Positions 1 to 12,525 of a DNA stretch of 30,276 bases are shown piece after piece; the first letter of the stretch is position 1, and every line of letters begins with the position of its first letter. Source of the DNA: Vermamoeba vermiformis (Eukaryota); assembly GCA_045837725.1 (NCBI GenBank), contig JBEWZL010000113.1, positions 62,001 through 92,276 on the forward strand. The letters run 5' to 3'. The notes under the pieces are model-generated. The model was given only the letters and a program-made list of their open reading frames with translations. It made no database searches and had not been told where the DNA came from. A program made the position numbers and the translations under genes.

Positions 1-323
1 GATAAGACAGAAGGTATGTTTACAAATCGGTGCAATGCTAACACTGAAGTCGGAAGAATGACCTCTGTCAGCCAAAGTGTCTTGAACTCGGATCTACGCA
101 CGAGAGCAAACATACAGAGTACGTACTATTATTATTCGTTAGTAATTCGTTTTATATTGATTTTAGTACTTACGAAACCTAGAATTGACGCCAAGGCCGT
201 TGTAAAGCGGTCCCATAGGAGATTCGAAAAGAAAAATTTGGCGGCAGGCCAAATCCAAGAGAATGAAGCCGAAGAGACGGCAAGAAACAATAACAACACC
301 TTTTTCCACTCCTGTTGTGTCAT
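1..323 (-). CDS. Membrane protein, 5' part only (runs off the window start)
   Basis: ATG at 323. Exon 1 is 323-174, the GT-AG intron 173-126, and exon 2 stays open to position 1. Product MTQQEWKKVLLLFLAVSSASFSWIWPAAKFFFSNLLWDRFTTALASILGF|YVLCMFALVRRSEFKTLWLTEVILPTSVLALHRFVNIPSVL has several hydrophobic segments. Confidence 0.7.
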
Positions 324-778
324 GTTTGCATATAAATAAGTTAAATTAAATCATTCACATCGCGTTAAATATCATTGATGTCGCAATGATTGTAAACTGC
401 TTCTTCTGCAACGTAAGCCAATGAACCAAAATCTGACGTCAGAGGCTAATTGCTAGGTCCCTTCGCTTACGTCGTACTTCTAAATAAGGCAGCACTACCG
501 AGTGCCATACACGGAGCCCATGTCGCCCTTTGAACTATCTCTGGCCACCGCACTAAATCCAATGATTGAGAGCAAATTAAAATACCTTCAATATTTATAT
601 TTCTTTACGAAGAGTAATATTGAATTGGTAGCGCCAAATAATAAAAAAATTAAATGAAATCTGACAGATTCGATTCGTAGCGATTACAATAAATTAAGGT
701 TACCACTGCGTTAAAATAGATGGTGATATTTATATTTATTATCACTAAAGTTGCAAAATGAACTGCAAAATAGTTTGC

Positions 779-1527
779 TTATTTGTTCATAACAGCCTTG
801 TAGCCATCCGAAGCTTTGAAGCCGTGCAAAGGAGCGAATAACTCGGCGTAGAACGGCAACTGAGCTAGTTTTGCGAGCCAAGCCTCGATCTTCGGATACG
901 CTTTCAAGTCGTGGAGTTCCAAGTCTCTAAGTTGAAGAATTTCTGAGCCAAGAGCAAGATCGGCAATAGTAGCATTAGCACCAGCGAGGAATTCGTTGGG
1001 CTTGAGTTCGAGTTCAAGAATGGCCAACGCCTTAACCATCTCTGCGGTTCTTTCTTTCAAAGGAGTCTCGCAGTCGATATGAGGACCAACTAACATCTTG
1101 GCAAAGAAGCGATAGAAAGTCTGAGGCATGACCGTTTGGCGAATCTGGTACAAAAAAAAAGGTAAGCAGTTAGAACAATTAGCCTTTACCCCAAAAAAAT
1201 GTTAAAAATTGCGCTTACGTTAGTGTGGAACCAGTTCAACCATTGATTGACTTTAGCGCGTTGCTTCAAGTCGGTCGGGTACATCTGGGTCAATCCGAAT
1301 TTTTCGGCGATGTACTGCATGATGGAGTTACTCTCGTAAAGAATGAAATCACCATCGACGAGCACAGGAATACGACCGTTAGGGTTAATCTTCAAGAAAG
1401 CTTCGGTTCTATGTTGTCCAGTGACCAAATCCACCATCTTGGGTTCGTACTGGATGTTGTTCGACTTCAGGAGCCATTCCACGGCGCGAGAAGGTTGAGA
1501 CAAAGGGTGAGTGTATAATTGAAGCAT
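779..1527 (-). CDS. Glutathione S-transferase, theta-like
   Basis: Exons 1527-1219 and 1144-779 (intron 1218-1145) join as WFHTN|IRQTVM. GST N-domain motifs SQPSRAV, INPNGRIPVLVDGDFILYESNSI; C-domain FLAGANATIADL and YPKIEAW. Confidence 0.95.
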
Positions 1528-1977
1528 TGTGGTTACTGGTTAAACGTGGCAAAAAACACAAACCGTTTGAACTTTTTTGGTCGATTTCTCGTCTCACCCA
1601 GGCCCTCACTCAGTGTACTTCCCACTCTATAGAGTTTATCCTTCCGTAGTAATTTAATCAACTGCAATATCGAGATCGCAAGCGAGGATAGAGGTTCCAG
1701 CAAAATAGATCTGCTTCATGGAAAAGGCAAGCCAACTTCTAAATTAGGAAATACTTTCTTTGAATTTTCTGAGCTTCTTGAATTTACATCGCGTGCCGCA
1801 CGGTCCATCTGTTGCTACAAAAAGTTCCAAAACTATAGTTTATAAGCTGCCCGCGATTTATCTATAACTATACCACGAAAATAATTGCAGTAGCTATTTC
1901 AATAATCAAAGTTTAAATCCGAAGAAAAAAGAACCGTATAATACAAATAAATTACTATGTATAAGCTGTGGATTGGT

Positions 1978-4272
1978 TTACCGCGTATTTGTGTGTTGCG
2001 TAGCGACCATATCAGTCTCCTTCGACAAATGACTCGCGGCAGATCCAGAGCTGCCGAATGCGCTTCTGTTTCGCATCATGTACAGCACCACGTGACTCAA
2101 ACTGATGGCATATAGCGCCAAATAAATATTAAACCATGTCGCCGTCCAGTCACGTGGAGAGTTGTTGCCGACCAGGATCAAAAACAATAGCGAGACAATT
2201 AAGTACGCCATAGCAAATGATGATGCAATAAGCCATGTAGTCAGCTACATATAGTTAATAATTAGCATTTTTTGCTTGTTAGATCCTGGCTGATCAGATC
2301 GCGATCTTACTCTTCGAAGAGGACTGGCTCGCTTTTCGACTTTGTTTGTAGACAGTCTAGTCACTTGTATTAACAATCGAACTGAAGTCACGAGGAACAA
2401 TACGAAGAAAGCAAAACAAATGCCCACGTAAATTATAATGTTTGCGATGACCACTGCCACACCTCCAACCGAGATTCCTCTGTAAATCAAAATCAATATT
2501 ATGGCATTACTATTGGTAAAAAGACGTACCTAAGGACACTGAGAGTAATCTCCATAGCAAACACGAGGCCAACGATGATAAAGAACGTCAATTTCAGTTT
2601 GCCAAGGAACTTGTTGACGTCGGTCTTCAGCTTGTTCGTCAACAGTTCGTGCCTAACAATATTGATCAATAAGCTGGCTTTGGTATATATGTCCCGAGTA
2701 CTTACTGATACAGCGATACGAGAAAGATTGGACAAATAGTGAAGGGAATGTTGGTCGATAAAAACATGTCCTCGAGATCTGCTTGATACACCCACCGCGA
2801 GACAAATGGCGACATAGCGCAATATATACCACGCCCTATATATGGCAAAATAAGAATTGGAACAAAATTTGTGTTATTTCATAGACCTGAGCACGTGCCG
2901 CGATGATTTGACTCCAAATAAGGAAAATTCGCAAAATACGTGCCAAGGAGGTATCCGAGGTATCCGAAGAATCCATATATGTAAAATTAATAGTACTTAC
3001 ATAATGCGCCAAAGATAATCGATACGAGTGACACGATCTGAACACTTGCGACCATTCCTCCGTCCGCACGAATAAAATTGATCATCTCGATAATAGCCAG
3101 CACTGCTGTCAGTACTCCAAATGCACCGAGTACGACTGAAAACGAGATCATCCAACCAGAATGCATTTCTACCTCCCAAGGGTTGGGATCTGTCAAAATG
3201 TCAGAAAATTGTCATCGGACGTTAATTTGTAACAGGTTATTACGTGTTGGTACAACCAAAACATGGCGTTAAATGCTAATTTAACATAAAGTATTAAACC
3301 GTTTGAATTATGCATGCGCCTCGGAAATGGAATTTTTACGCCGATTTACAACGAGGTTCTATTTTTAGGGTGGCACGTGTGTGCTTACCGGAGTAATCGA
3401 AGCTGAACGTCAAATTCATCGTCGGATCTTGTTGAACTTGGCTGTGTAACGTAGAGATTTGAGTCCATGATGTCAAATTGATCTCAACGATCGGTATCTT
3501 GATCCGATCTGAGTACTCGCCATTGTCCCACGCGTAATACAACATGGCTCCAGGAGAGTCAGCTGAATTGCAAATTTACGTTAAGTAATGTCTCGTTAAA
3601 CCAAGAAAAAATTTAGTTTTCGGATTCGTAGTGCGATTTATTGCCAAATAAGGCCTAAAAGGATAAGATGGATTTTTGAAACGTCTGCTAATTTGAATGG
3701 ATTGAAATCATAATTGGGCCAATCAGGAAGAGGCATACAATATCGAACAGTGACTTGATATTTTTAGCCTCATCTGAAAGTTGAATTTGAAATGAAGTCC
3801 GATTTAATTTAAATTTAAAATGTATTTGCGAGCCTATTATATGCTACGTGCAAGTCAATAACTTACATAGCATCAATAATAGATCCGAAACGTCAAAAAA
3901 AAATTCATAAATTAATTTAAACTTACGAAAGAACTGGCTGTAGGTTATAATTACACCAATAGCACCTTTGTCTTGAGCATCCACTACGTAAGACCAAACA
4001 TTGGCTCGCTTAAACGTATACTCTACGAGGGCAATTTGTCCAGTAAAATCCATTGCATCTGTCTCGTCTATAGTGTCTGTTACTAAGTATTGAGCAGGTG
4101 CTGTTATAGGGTCTATATATTGAAAATTATTGTTGCGAAAGCGAAGGGGTGAAGCAAAATAAGAGATCGTGTCCGTTGAATTGGCTGTTTGAACTATGAC
4201 ATCTACTTTTGCATCCGCCAATGCTAGCAACGCGCAAATAAATAACCCGCAATAAACAAGTGCTCGAGACAT
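1978..4272 (-). CDS. Signal peptide + protease-associated (PA) domain + seven-transmembrane GPCR-like/TOM1-THH1-like receptor
   Basis: Seven exons splice in frame: 4272-3927, 3562-3389, 3189-3001, 2835-2706, 2652-2530, 2479-2311, 2244-1978. PA-like motifs DFTGQIALV, AQDKGAIGVII and IKIPIVEI are followed by seven hydrophobic helices and a Ser-rich tail. Confidence 0.85.
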
Positions 4273-4341
4273 GTTTGTTGCGCTGCTCGTCGATTGGATC
4301 TAAAAAACGAATTAGGAGACTCCGAAAATCAAATTTACGCC

Positions 4342-4350
4342 GCACGTGGT
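4342..4350 (-). promoter_or_regulatory. Candidate E/G-box promoter element ACCACGTGC
   Basis: Lies ~70 nt upstream of ATG 4272. The identical 9-mer occurs in sense orientation upstream of two other genes. Confidence 0.4.
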
Positions 4351-4742
4351 TGTGACAGATTTTAAATTAAAAATGTAGATTAAAATTGAAGATTTATATG
4401 ATAATATTTGTAGTTAGATCAAAAGCTACATGGGAGTAATTGCAGAGTAAATGCCAACATAACCGTCAAGAAATCAAGATTTTGCGCGCAGCAGGCCAAA
4501 TCCGGAAATTTCTATGGCATGCTGACAGCGATCCGAGCAAATGTGGAAATAATTAACGAATATGTCCTTAGTTAGGACAACAATCTTGATCGACAAATGT
4601 TGAAGCAGGTAGACCGGCGAAAGTACAAGGAATAAAGAGATAATTTCAGAATTCTGAATTGGCGTATCCCAACAGATAAATAGCGCAAAAAAAGTCATTA
4701 TGGTTAAATTATTATTCGTTCCAAGAGAAATCATCGAAAATA

Positions 4743-6831
4743 ATGCAGCTGGTAAGTTTTGAAAATTGAAACAGAAGTAGATTTGAATTCTAACTTGATT
4801 CTCTATTCTAGAAATACGTGTTGCTGTGCTTACCTCTACTAAGCTTAATTTCTATATGCTCGTCTCAAACAGTAGGCGAGCAGATCGCTCTACAGGATTT
4901 GATCACCTCGTGGTCGAATCTACCGCCACAATGGGTGAGCGCTAATGTAGCTCAAGCTTGCGCCCAGCAATGGCCCGGCTTAGTGTGTGGTATTGGAACT
5001 ATTTCAATGATGTAAGTAACAAAGAAATCTTTAAAAATAGTTCGGATCGCTAATTTCGAAATTTTCAAAGAGCCCTACCGAATAGAAATATGGTTGGCAC
5101 TATTCCAAATAGCTTCGGTAACTTCGTGAACTTGCAAAACGTGTAAGTATCGAAGAATGATGTCCACATCCGTCTTTAACCTAGGATCGGATTGGTAGGG
5201 ATCTGTCCAACAACAGGCTTAGCGGAACGATTCCTGGAAGTATCGGTTCATTAACGCAGTTGCAAGCGATAAGTGTTGAAAGTAACTCACTTGTTTCTCC
5301 GTTGCCTTTGTCACTGTTCACATTGTATCCGATGACTGTTTTGTACGCGAGAAAAGTCAAGTTAGTATTGCTGCTAATTATTCATCAGGAACTTACGAGA
5401 CAACAAATTCAATGAAAACTTGCCGGCTAATATCGGGAACCTTGTTAATCTTCATTCTTTGTAAGTACCGCGTCTGTCAAAATTCGTTCGGATCTAACCT
5501 CCAACCCGGATCAGGATCTTGGGCAACAACAGCTTTGTCGGACCAATTCCGGGCACGTGGACTGCTCTCACGCAATTAGAGGTCGTGTATGTATTGAAGC
5601 CATCGGCATCTATTAGCGTCCTATATTAACAGTCTTATCAGTCAATTAGCAAACAATCCTCTTGGCGGTGATCTTACCGTCGTGCTCTCGTGGCACAAAT
5701 TGACCGAACTTGACGCGTACAATTGTTTGTTCGGCGGCCAACTTCCCGACTTCAGCCTCCTTACTGAACTGCGTCGCCTGTAAGTAGCGAGTATCTTTTG
5801 TCGAGCCAAGCTAACGATCATGCAGCATTCTGTACACGAACAACTTTGTTGGTACCATTCCCACGACTATCAACAACTTGCAAAAGCTAACGTCATTGTG
5901 AGTAATACATTTGCACGTGTAATTTCGCGTTGAAACTTACCTTATTCGCATCAGATTGCTCTTCGACAATCAGCTCTCGGGTACGATTCCTTCACTCGCC
6001 AATTTGGTCAATCTCCAAGAGCTTCATTTGCACCGCAATCAACTCTCTGGAGCCTTCCCTGCCTCTTTGCAAAGCCTCACCAATTTGACTTCATTGTATG
6101 TCCAATACATTTCCCGGTAGCGGCAATATTGATTTTGTTCTTATTAGGATCCTGCAACACAACCAATTGACTGGCACTATTCCATCGTTCATTGGACAGT
6201 TGACCAAGCTTCAAATCCTGTATGTATATATTACTATCAGTCAGACTAATTGTCTCTAACTTAACTCGTCCAGTGACGTCGAATTGAATTGGTTAACTGG
6301 AAGTATTCCTGCGTCAATCTCACAATTGACTTCGCTCGTGCACCTCAATCTCGAATCCAACCAACTGACCGGATCTATTCCGTCGGGTATTGGTAGCTTG
6401 CCCTTGATTCACTTGTAAGTTACAGTCCTTGCAATATTCATCCTTCTAACTTCCCGCCGTGTAGATTCTTGGCTCGAAATAACTTGGGCAATTGCATTCC
6501 TGAAAGTATCTATGACTTGCGTGACACGTTAACAAACTGTGATATTTCTTCGAATCCGAGCTTACTATGCTGCAAGGCGGTCTTGCCGGCTATCTGCCGT
6601 ACAACATTTGAACAGCAATGTTTGACTTCACCACCTGTCACTGCTCCGAAGAGTACCCCATCGAACTCTCCTCCAGCTCAGAATCCCAACACTGCTCCTG
6701 CACCACACGTGAACACACCTGCATTGTCCAGCCAGACTCCAGATAACAACAACAACGACAATACCGCCGTCAGCTCTGCTTCGCTCGCAACAGTAACTCT
6801 GCTTGTTAGTGCATTACCGTTGCTTCTGTAG
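4743..6831 (+). CDS. Secreted/GPI-anchored plant-type leucine-rich repeat surface protein (~15 LRRs)
   Basis: Twelve exons: 4743-4751, 4812-5011, 5071-5142, 5199-5342, 5389-5460, 5515-5586, 5642-5779, 5826-5897, 5955-6095, 6148-6219, 6274-6414, 6465-6831. Signal peptide, LRRNT_2-like cap (ACAQQWPGLVC), repeated LxxLxLxxNxLsGxIP, Cys cap, Pro/Thr/Ser stalk and hydrophobic C-terminus. Confidence 0.93.
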
Positions 6832-6913
6832 CTGTTGTACTTATCCAAGCAACAAAAAAAATAGTGTGTAGAGAATATTATGTAAATTTAATTATTGTAG
6901 ATTACCGGTTTAT

Positions 6914-8547
6914 TCAAGCTTTAAAATAAACGCCAGTCAACTGTTCGCTCAGATCCCACAGCCTTAAAAAAAACATTAGTAACTAACTAATTGCCATTAC
7001 CATATATTATTATAGCGTACTTTTTAGCAGTAGCAACGTCGTTGGTCTCAGGGCTCGCAGGCTCTTCAATGCAATAACCAAAGTACTTGCCAGCTTTGTT
7101 TTCATTATCAGGCGAAAGAATAGGGTACAACAGCTATAGTATATCGTTAGTACTATTATATCATATGAACATTAACGTACCGCTTCAGCGGCACGATCAG
7201 CAGTAGTGCCGAGTAACGGAACGATAATCTTGGTGAAGATAAATCGAGCAGCAGGCTTGGCATTTCTAGATAACTCCGTGGCCACTATAAAATATTGATT
7301 AGACTATACTTACGCCATATTAATTAACGTACCGATTCCAGGGTGCACGCAGTATGATTTAACAGGAATGCCATGCTCGTCGAGGTTTCGTTGAAGCTCA
7401 AAGGCGAAATGAACGTTGGCGAGTTTAGATCTATCATTTAACATCCCCAATGAGTATATAATACTTAATAAAGAGTTGCTATTGAGCTTACACATTGTAG
7501 GACTTCGAAACTGGAACTTTTTCAAATTTCGGATCGAACAAGTCGGTGTTCTTAGCTACAAAAATTATTAATATAGCGCTAATATATATGACTATTATGA
7601 TTATTAGTAATCAAGATTGACGCTTACCTCGCTTGTGCAAAGCAGAGCTGACGGTAACAACTTTGCCGTGGCTCTCTTTCAATTTATCCAATAATTGCAG
7701 GGTTAACGCAAAGTGGCCCAAGTGATTAACGCCTATAATTGACTATTAGAATTTATGAAGAGACAATTGGATTGAGTCGGATCGGATCCCGCGCTTTTTT
7801 AAATTGAAATGAAATGTGCTGCGCACTTATTGAATATGCTTACCGTACGCCATTTCAAATCCATTCGCAGTGTAGGATAGTGAAGCAAATCCAACGCCAG
7901 CGTTATTTACAAGGCCGTGTAACGGTAAGCCTAAATTCTTAAAACGTTCAACGAAGGTATTGACCTCCTTTAAATCTCCTAAATTAAGCTATATACATGT
8001 CAGTGCTAATTATGTTAATATGCGTTCATTTGAGGCCTACGTACCGGCACAAAAATTAAATTTTTGTTTCCAGTTGCTTCTTTTATTTCTGACAAAGCTT
8101 TCTTAGCTTTAGCTTCATCTCGGCAAGCTGTAATATATTTAGTCATATTTATAATGTTTAATCAGATCTTACCGAGAATTACAGTCGCGTTCATGGATGC
8201 GAGTTTCTTTGCGGTGTGATATCCGATACCTATGGACCAAATAATAATTAAAAATCATAATATTATAGTAAGTATATCGCTAATATCGAATATAATTCGA
8301 ATAGGAAAAAACTTGCGCATTTAAAAATTAAAAAATAGTTTTATTTATGGATCTTACCAACATTGGCACCAGTGACAATATAGACCTTATTAGTAAGGTC
8401 CACGTCAACATTCCACGTGCCTTTAGGGAAGGTCTAAACATTTGAATAAGTACAACGCGGATCTGATTACTCCGTTTTTCCTACCTTTCTTCTGTAATAC
8501 CAAATATACACTACAAAGAAAAATATAATATACACAAATATGCTCAT
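6914..8547 (-). CDS. Short-chain dehydrogenase/reductase, retinol dehydrogenase (RDH11-14/WWOX-like) type
   Basis: Multi-exon. N-terminal TM (MSIFVYIIFFFVVYIWYY), VTGANVGIG, ACRD, LVNNAGV, GVNHLGHF, VSS, catalytic YNVSK, VHPG, and C-terminal LWDLSEQLTGVYFKA with stop at 6916-6914. Confidence 0.93.
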
Positions 8548-8692
8548 GCTTGTTGTACTCTTAAACAGATACTTAAGTGCAACTAGATCCGCGCAACCCG
8601 AAATTTTAGTGCTGTCAAAACCTGCCTCGAAAAAAACAACGCGCAACACGATGTTTTTCTCTTTTCTTTAATTAATCGCTAATAGTTAAACC

Positions 8693-10343
8693 ATGAAGGC
8701 AATTATTAGCGTATTTTTATTTGTTTTTGTGGCGTATGTTGCCGCCCAAAGCATTGCAGGTAATTCAACCGCAGTTGAATTAGTAAATGACAAATATGAT
8801 TTATCTTTGCGCATTATTATTGAAATGTAATAGTAATAGTATTTATAAAGTAAATAGCGCTAATTTTTTCATGACATCCAAAAATTGAAAATGGATTGAC
8901 ATTTTGCATCCAGTTGAACTCTAATATTTATTTATGCAGTTAATACCACTGAATTATGCACAAATTATCGTTATGAAGTATCTTGGGACCGCGGGGCTTT
9001 GCAATCTGCTCAATACACTGTGGATTCTCCAAACATCACCGCGGCGATTGCAAGATATCAAATTCCAGCTGACAAGCCAACAGGTACGATATAAATATAG
9101 TACTTATATTATTATGAATACTGCATGTCCGATTAGTGGCAGATCTGACATAATTAACGTTGTGAACTAATTAGGAAGCCGATACAATTATTTGCTGCCT
9201 CAATCTGGCTTTATTTACGACGCTACGTTAGTTAATGCTGCCAGTAATACGAAAGTTGCTGGTCCTATGTCTTTTTCGCATGATCCTTGTCAAAGTACGT
9301 TCAACTCCGAAATTTATGTTATTCTATTCTAACTTATGTTAGATCTGCCTACCTATGGAAAGACATTATCGGAGCAAGCGACCTTAGTACTCGATCACTA
9401 TCGCACGCAAGTTCTCGGGTCGTACCGGATTTATAGAAATCCAAAGCTTGATCAGCTTGCTGGAATGCTTCTTGCCGCTAACAGCGATAACATCGGTGCT
9501 TTCTTGCCTCAATTAAATCCACCCGATTGGTATTCTTTTGCTGCATTCCCAATGTACACCGACGCGGATGCAGGATCCCTTATTCAACTTTTATTCGACA
9601 CTCCCTCGTCTTTTATTGCTGCTGAAAACAATATCTCTCTTGCGGATACTACGGTAACATATACACGTTTATAATCTATTCACGTTAATACGAAGCAATT
9701 CTGGCTTGCTCGCAGGTATTCAGAGAAATTGGATTCGCATTCAATGCGAGCCAAAAGACTTGGCAAGTAGTAGCGACTAATAGAAGCAGCATTAGTAAGG
9801 ATTATTGTCGCGAGTATCAATAACTGCAAGGCCTAATTAAATCATCAGGATGCGGCAACGGCTTGTTGGATCAAACCGAAGAATGCGACGACGGAAACAG
9901 AGACGACTACGATGGTTGCTCTTCAAATTGCCAAATTGAAAATGGTATGCTATGATACGTCCAACATGCATTAATTCATTTGAACCCGATTTTCCGAGCT
10001 GAATCTGGATCTGATCCTTCAAGCTTGATTCTTAATTCTCTAATTTTATTCACTAGGATGGAGCTGTCCTGACAATGTATTACAATCTGGCTCTGTTTGC
10101 GTTACTACACCTTCGTACGTGCCATTAAACTCACCCGATCAAGGCGGCAATCCGAATAACCCGTCAGGAAGCAATAATCCGTCTGGTAATTCACCTAGCG
10201 GTAGTAATAGCCCATCAGGTGGCAATAATCCTTCCGACGGTTCGCCATCTGGTTCGAACTCTCCATCCGCGCAACAAACAAGCGGATCGAACAAAATGGA
10301 AGCGACAGCGATCATTGTTTTATTGATTGCCTTATTATATTAA
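8693..10343 (+). CDS. Cell-surface protein paralog A: signal peptide, beta-rich domain, degenerate CAP/SCP-like domain, DUF4215-type Cys repeat, Ser/Asn/Pro stalk, GPI-like tail
   Basis: Multi-exon. Begins [29 protein letters not shown]; contains LDHYR...RNPKLDQLA and [18 protein letters not shown]; then [41 protein letters not shown] repeats and a terminal hydrophobic stretch. Confidence 0.85.
10145..10268 (+). repeat. Degenerate coding repeat (G-S/G-N-N/S-P-S)n in the mucin-like stalk
   Basis: Translation [42 protein letters not shown]. Confidence 0.75.
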
Positions 10344-10593
10344 TATACCTACTGATGATACACTTTATTTGTACTTTAGAACAAATGCAATGGTATTTCA
10401 AGACTTTACCGAGTTATTTAGCGATCTGTATACAATCTGATTTCTTAGCGTTCCCATTGGTAATTATATACGACCCATTATATTAACTTTAATATGGCTT
10501 GAAATCTCGTGAGCCAAATCGGGTTGAAAAAGCAGCGTAAAAGCGTTTCATTTTTTTATTTATTTCAAACGAGCGCAACAACAAGACTGAATA

Positions 10594-12397
10594 ATGAAAT
10601 TATTATTGTGCATTGCGCTCGGAGTATTATATATGGCCTCGATGGCGTATAGCCAAGCCATTACGTTCGACGAAAGCAAATTATGCGTTTCGTACCAGAT
10701 TGGGATTACTTGGATCAACGCACCTTCTGGAGCGAAGATAACCTTTCAAAATCCTATTACGCAATTAGCCTCATTCTCGTTATCAACAACGAATGGTTCG
10801 TATCTTATTTTGCAAATGATTCATATTGTTTTTTCTCCAGTTCCGATCACGGTTAACAAATCTTTTCGTATCTTTGTGAATTTATTAATTAATATACATT
10901 AATTAGGAACCAAATGGTTGTACTTTTTGCCTACACAAGACCAGAATTACGATGCTTACATGTTCGATTCTGGCAATCAATTCCTTTATGGAAATACATA
11001 CACCGGGCCGGCTCCGTGTACAAGTATGTCCTGTATTGTCTTGACAATATAGTATTTCATTATAACTCAATTTTGTCGTTAGATCTTGAAACTTACGGAT
11101 TGGAAACTGAAAAACAAGCCGTAGTAATTTTGAACTACGTTAGAAAGCTGAATTCATTTCCAATATTATACTGGCACTCTGCATTGCAATCTTACAGCGA
11201 ATATTTGGCCAATAATAACAAAACTGCTTGTGGTAAGGATCTTTAATTTCGATCTTAAAGAATTTTTTCTTTTTATATAAAGCAAACCAATTTTTTAATT
11301 TACTTTTGTAGACGGAGGAGAAGTCAATTCTTTTGGCTACGCATACTCTTCACTGAGCTGCAATATTGTGTCTCTTTCGACGTACGATCCCGGCACACTC
11401 GTACAAAGCATGATCAATCGTAACGAGGTTTCTGTTACTTCGAGCTCGTACAATGAAGTAGGTTTTGGATACAACGCTGCATATAAAAACTGGCGATATG
11501 TATTGGGCACGAGATTTGCAAGTAAGTACTATTTTTCATGAACGTGTAAGTAAGTAAGCGGATCTGGTTAACACGTGCTATTTTCAGGTTGCAAAAATGG
11601 ATATATTGATGCATCTGAAGGCTGTGATACCGGAAGTACAACAGATCCTGGTTGCGTTAGTTGTCAAGTGACCGCAGGTAAGATTTTTAGTGACGTCTAA
11701 TGAAGCTTCTGTTGCGCCTTATTTAACACTTTAAACGCACAATTTTAGTAATAACGATCATAGTGTAACATTGTTAACGGAATAATTAGGCTACACGTGC
11801 TCAAACGGAGTGTTCACCATGGGATCCACGTGCTCGGTGGCACCTCAAACACCGACCACGCCAGTAGCACAGACACCAACAGCCACACCCAGCGCTAGTC
11901 CTGTTGCTTCACAGCCCCCAAGTGCTACACCCACAGCATCTCCTCCTGTCAACTCTCCTTCTGCCACACCCGTGGCCAATGCTCCGAGTGCCACCCCAAC
12001 AGCAACGCCTAGTGCCGGTAACACGCCAACTGGCGGTGTCACTCCCTCTGCTACCCCGAGTGCCACACCAGTAGCCAGCACTCCGTCAAGTACTCCTAGT
12101 GGTGGTGTCACACCTTCAGCTTCACCAGTGGATCAAGGCACACCGTCGACCAGTCAAAGTCCTGGCAGTTCTTCGGCCCCTTCAAGCACTCCATCAGATG
12201 TCACAACACCGAGCGATAGCACATCGCCGAGTACCAGCTCTGGGCCCGCTTCAGCTGGAGAAACGCCGTCAGCTGGTCCGGTCAAAAACGCACCGTTTGA
12301 AGGAACGCCAAAGCCGAAAGGTAGCATTAGCAGTGCTTCTAAGGCGTGTGGCATTGTACTGGCTATTATCATGAGTGCTGCAGTGTTTATATTGTAA
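10594..12397 (+). CDS. Cell-surface protein paralog B (same architecture as A, long Thr/Pro/Ser stalk)
   Basis: Signal peptide, then FDESKLC; ILNYVRKLNSFPILYWHSALQSYSEYLA; YNEVGFGYNAAYKNWRYVLGTR; CKNGYIDASEGCDTG...GCVSCQVTAGYTC; PSATP-rich stalk; hydrophobic C-terminus. Confidence 0.88.
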
Positions 12398-12525
12398 GTA
12401 GTTAGTGTTGATGAATCCAACGCGAAAAATAAAACCTAAAAATAGGCCCGTGAATTAACAAGCCATATTTTATTTGCTGTTAAAACCTGAGTAATATTTC
12501 GATGAGATCTGGATCCCGTCTATTT

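Noticed and set aside
11845-12420. Antisense and alternate-frame ORFs over the paralog B stalk (likewise 17165-17705 over paralog C)
   Set aside because: Shadow ORFs expected from GC-rich Pro/Thr/Ser codons.
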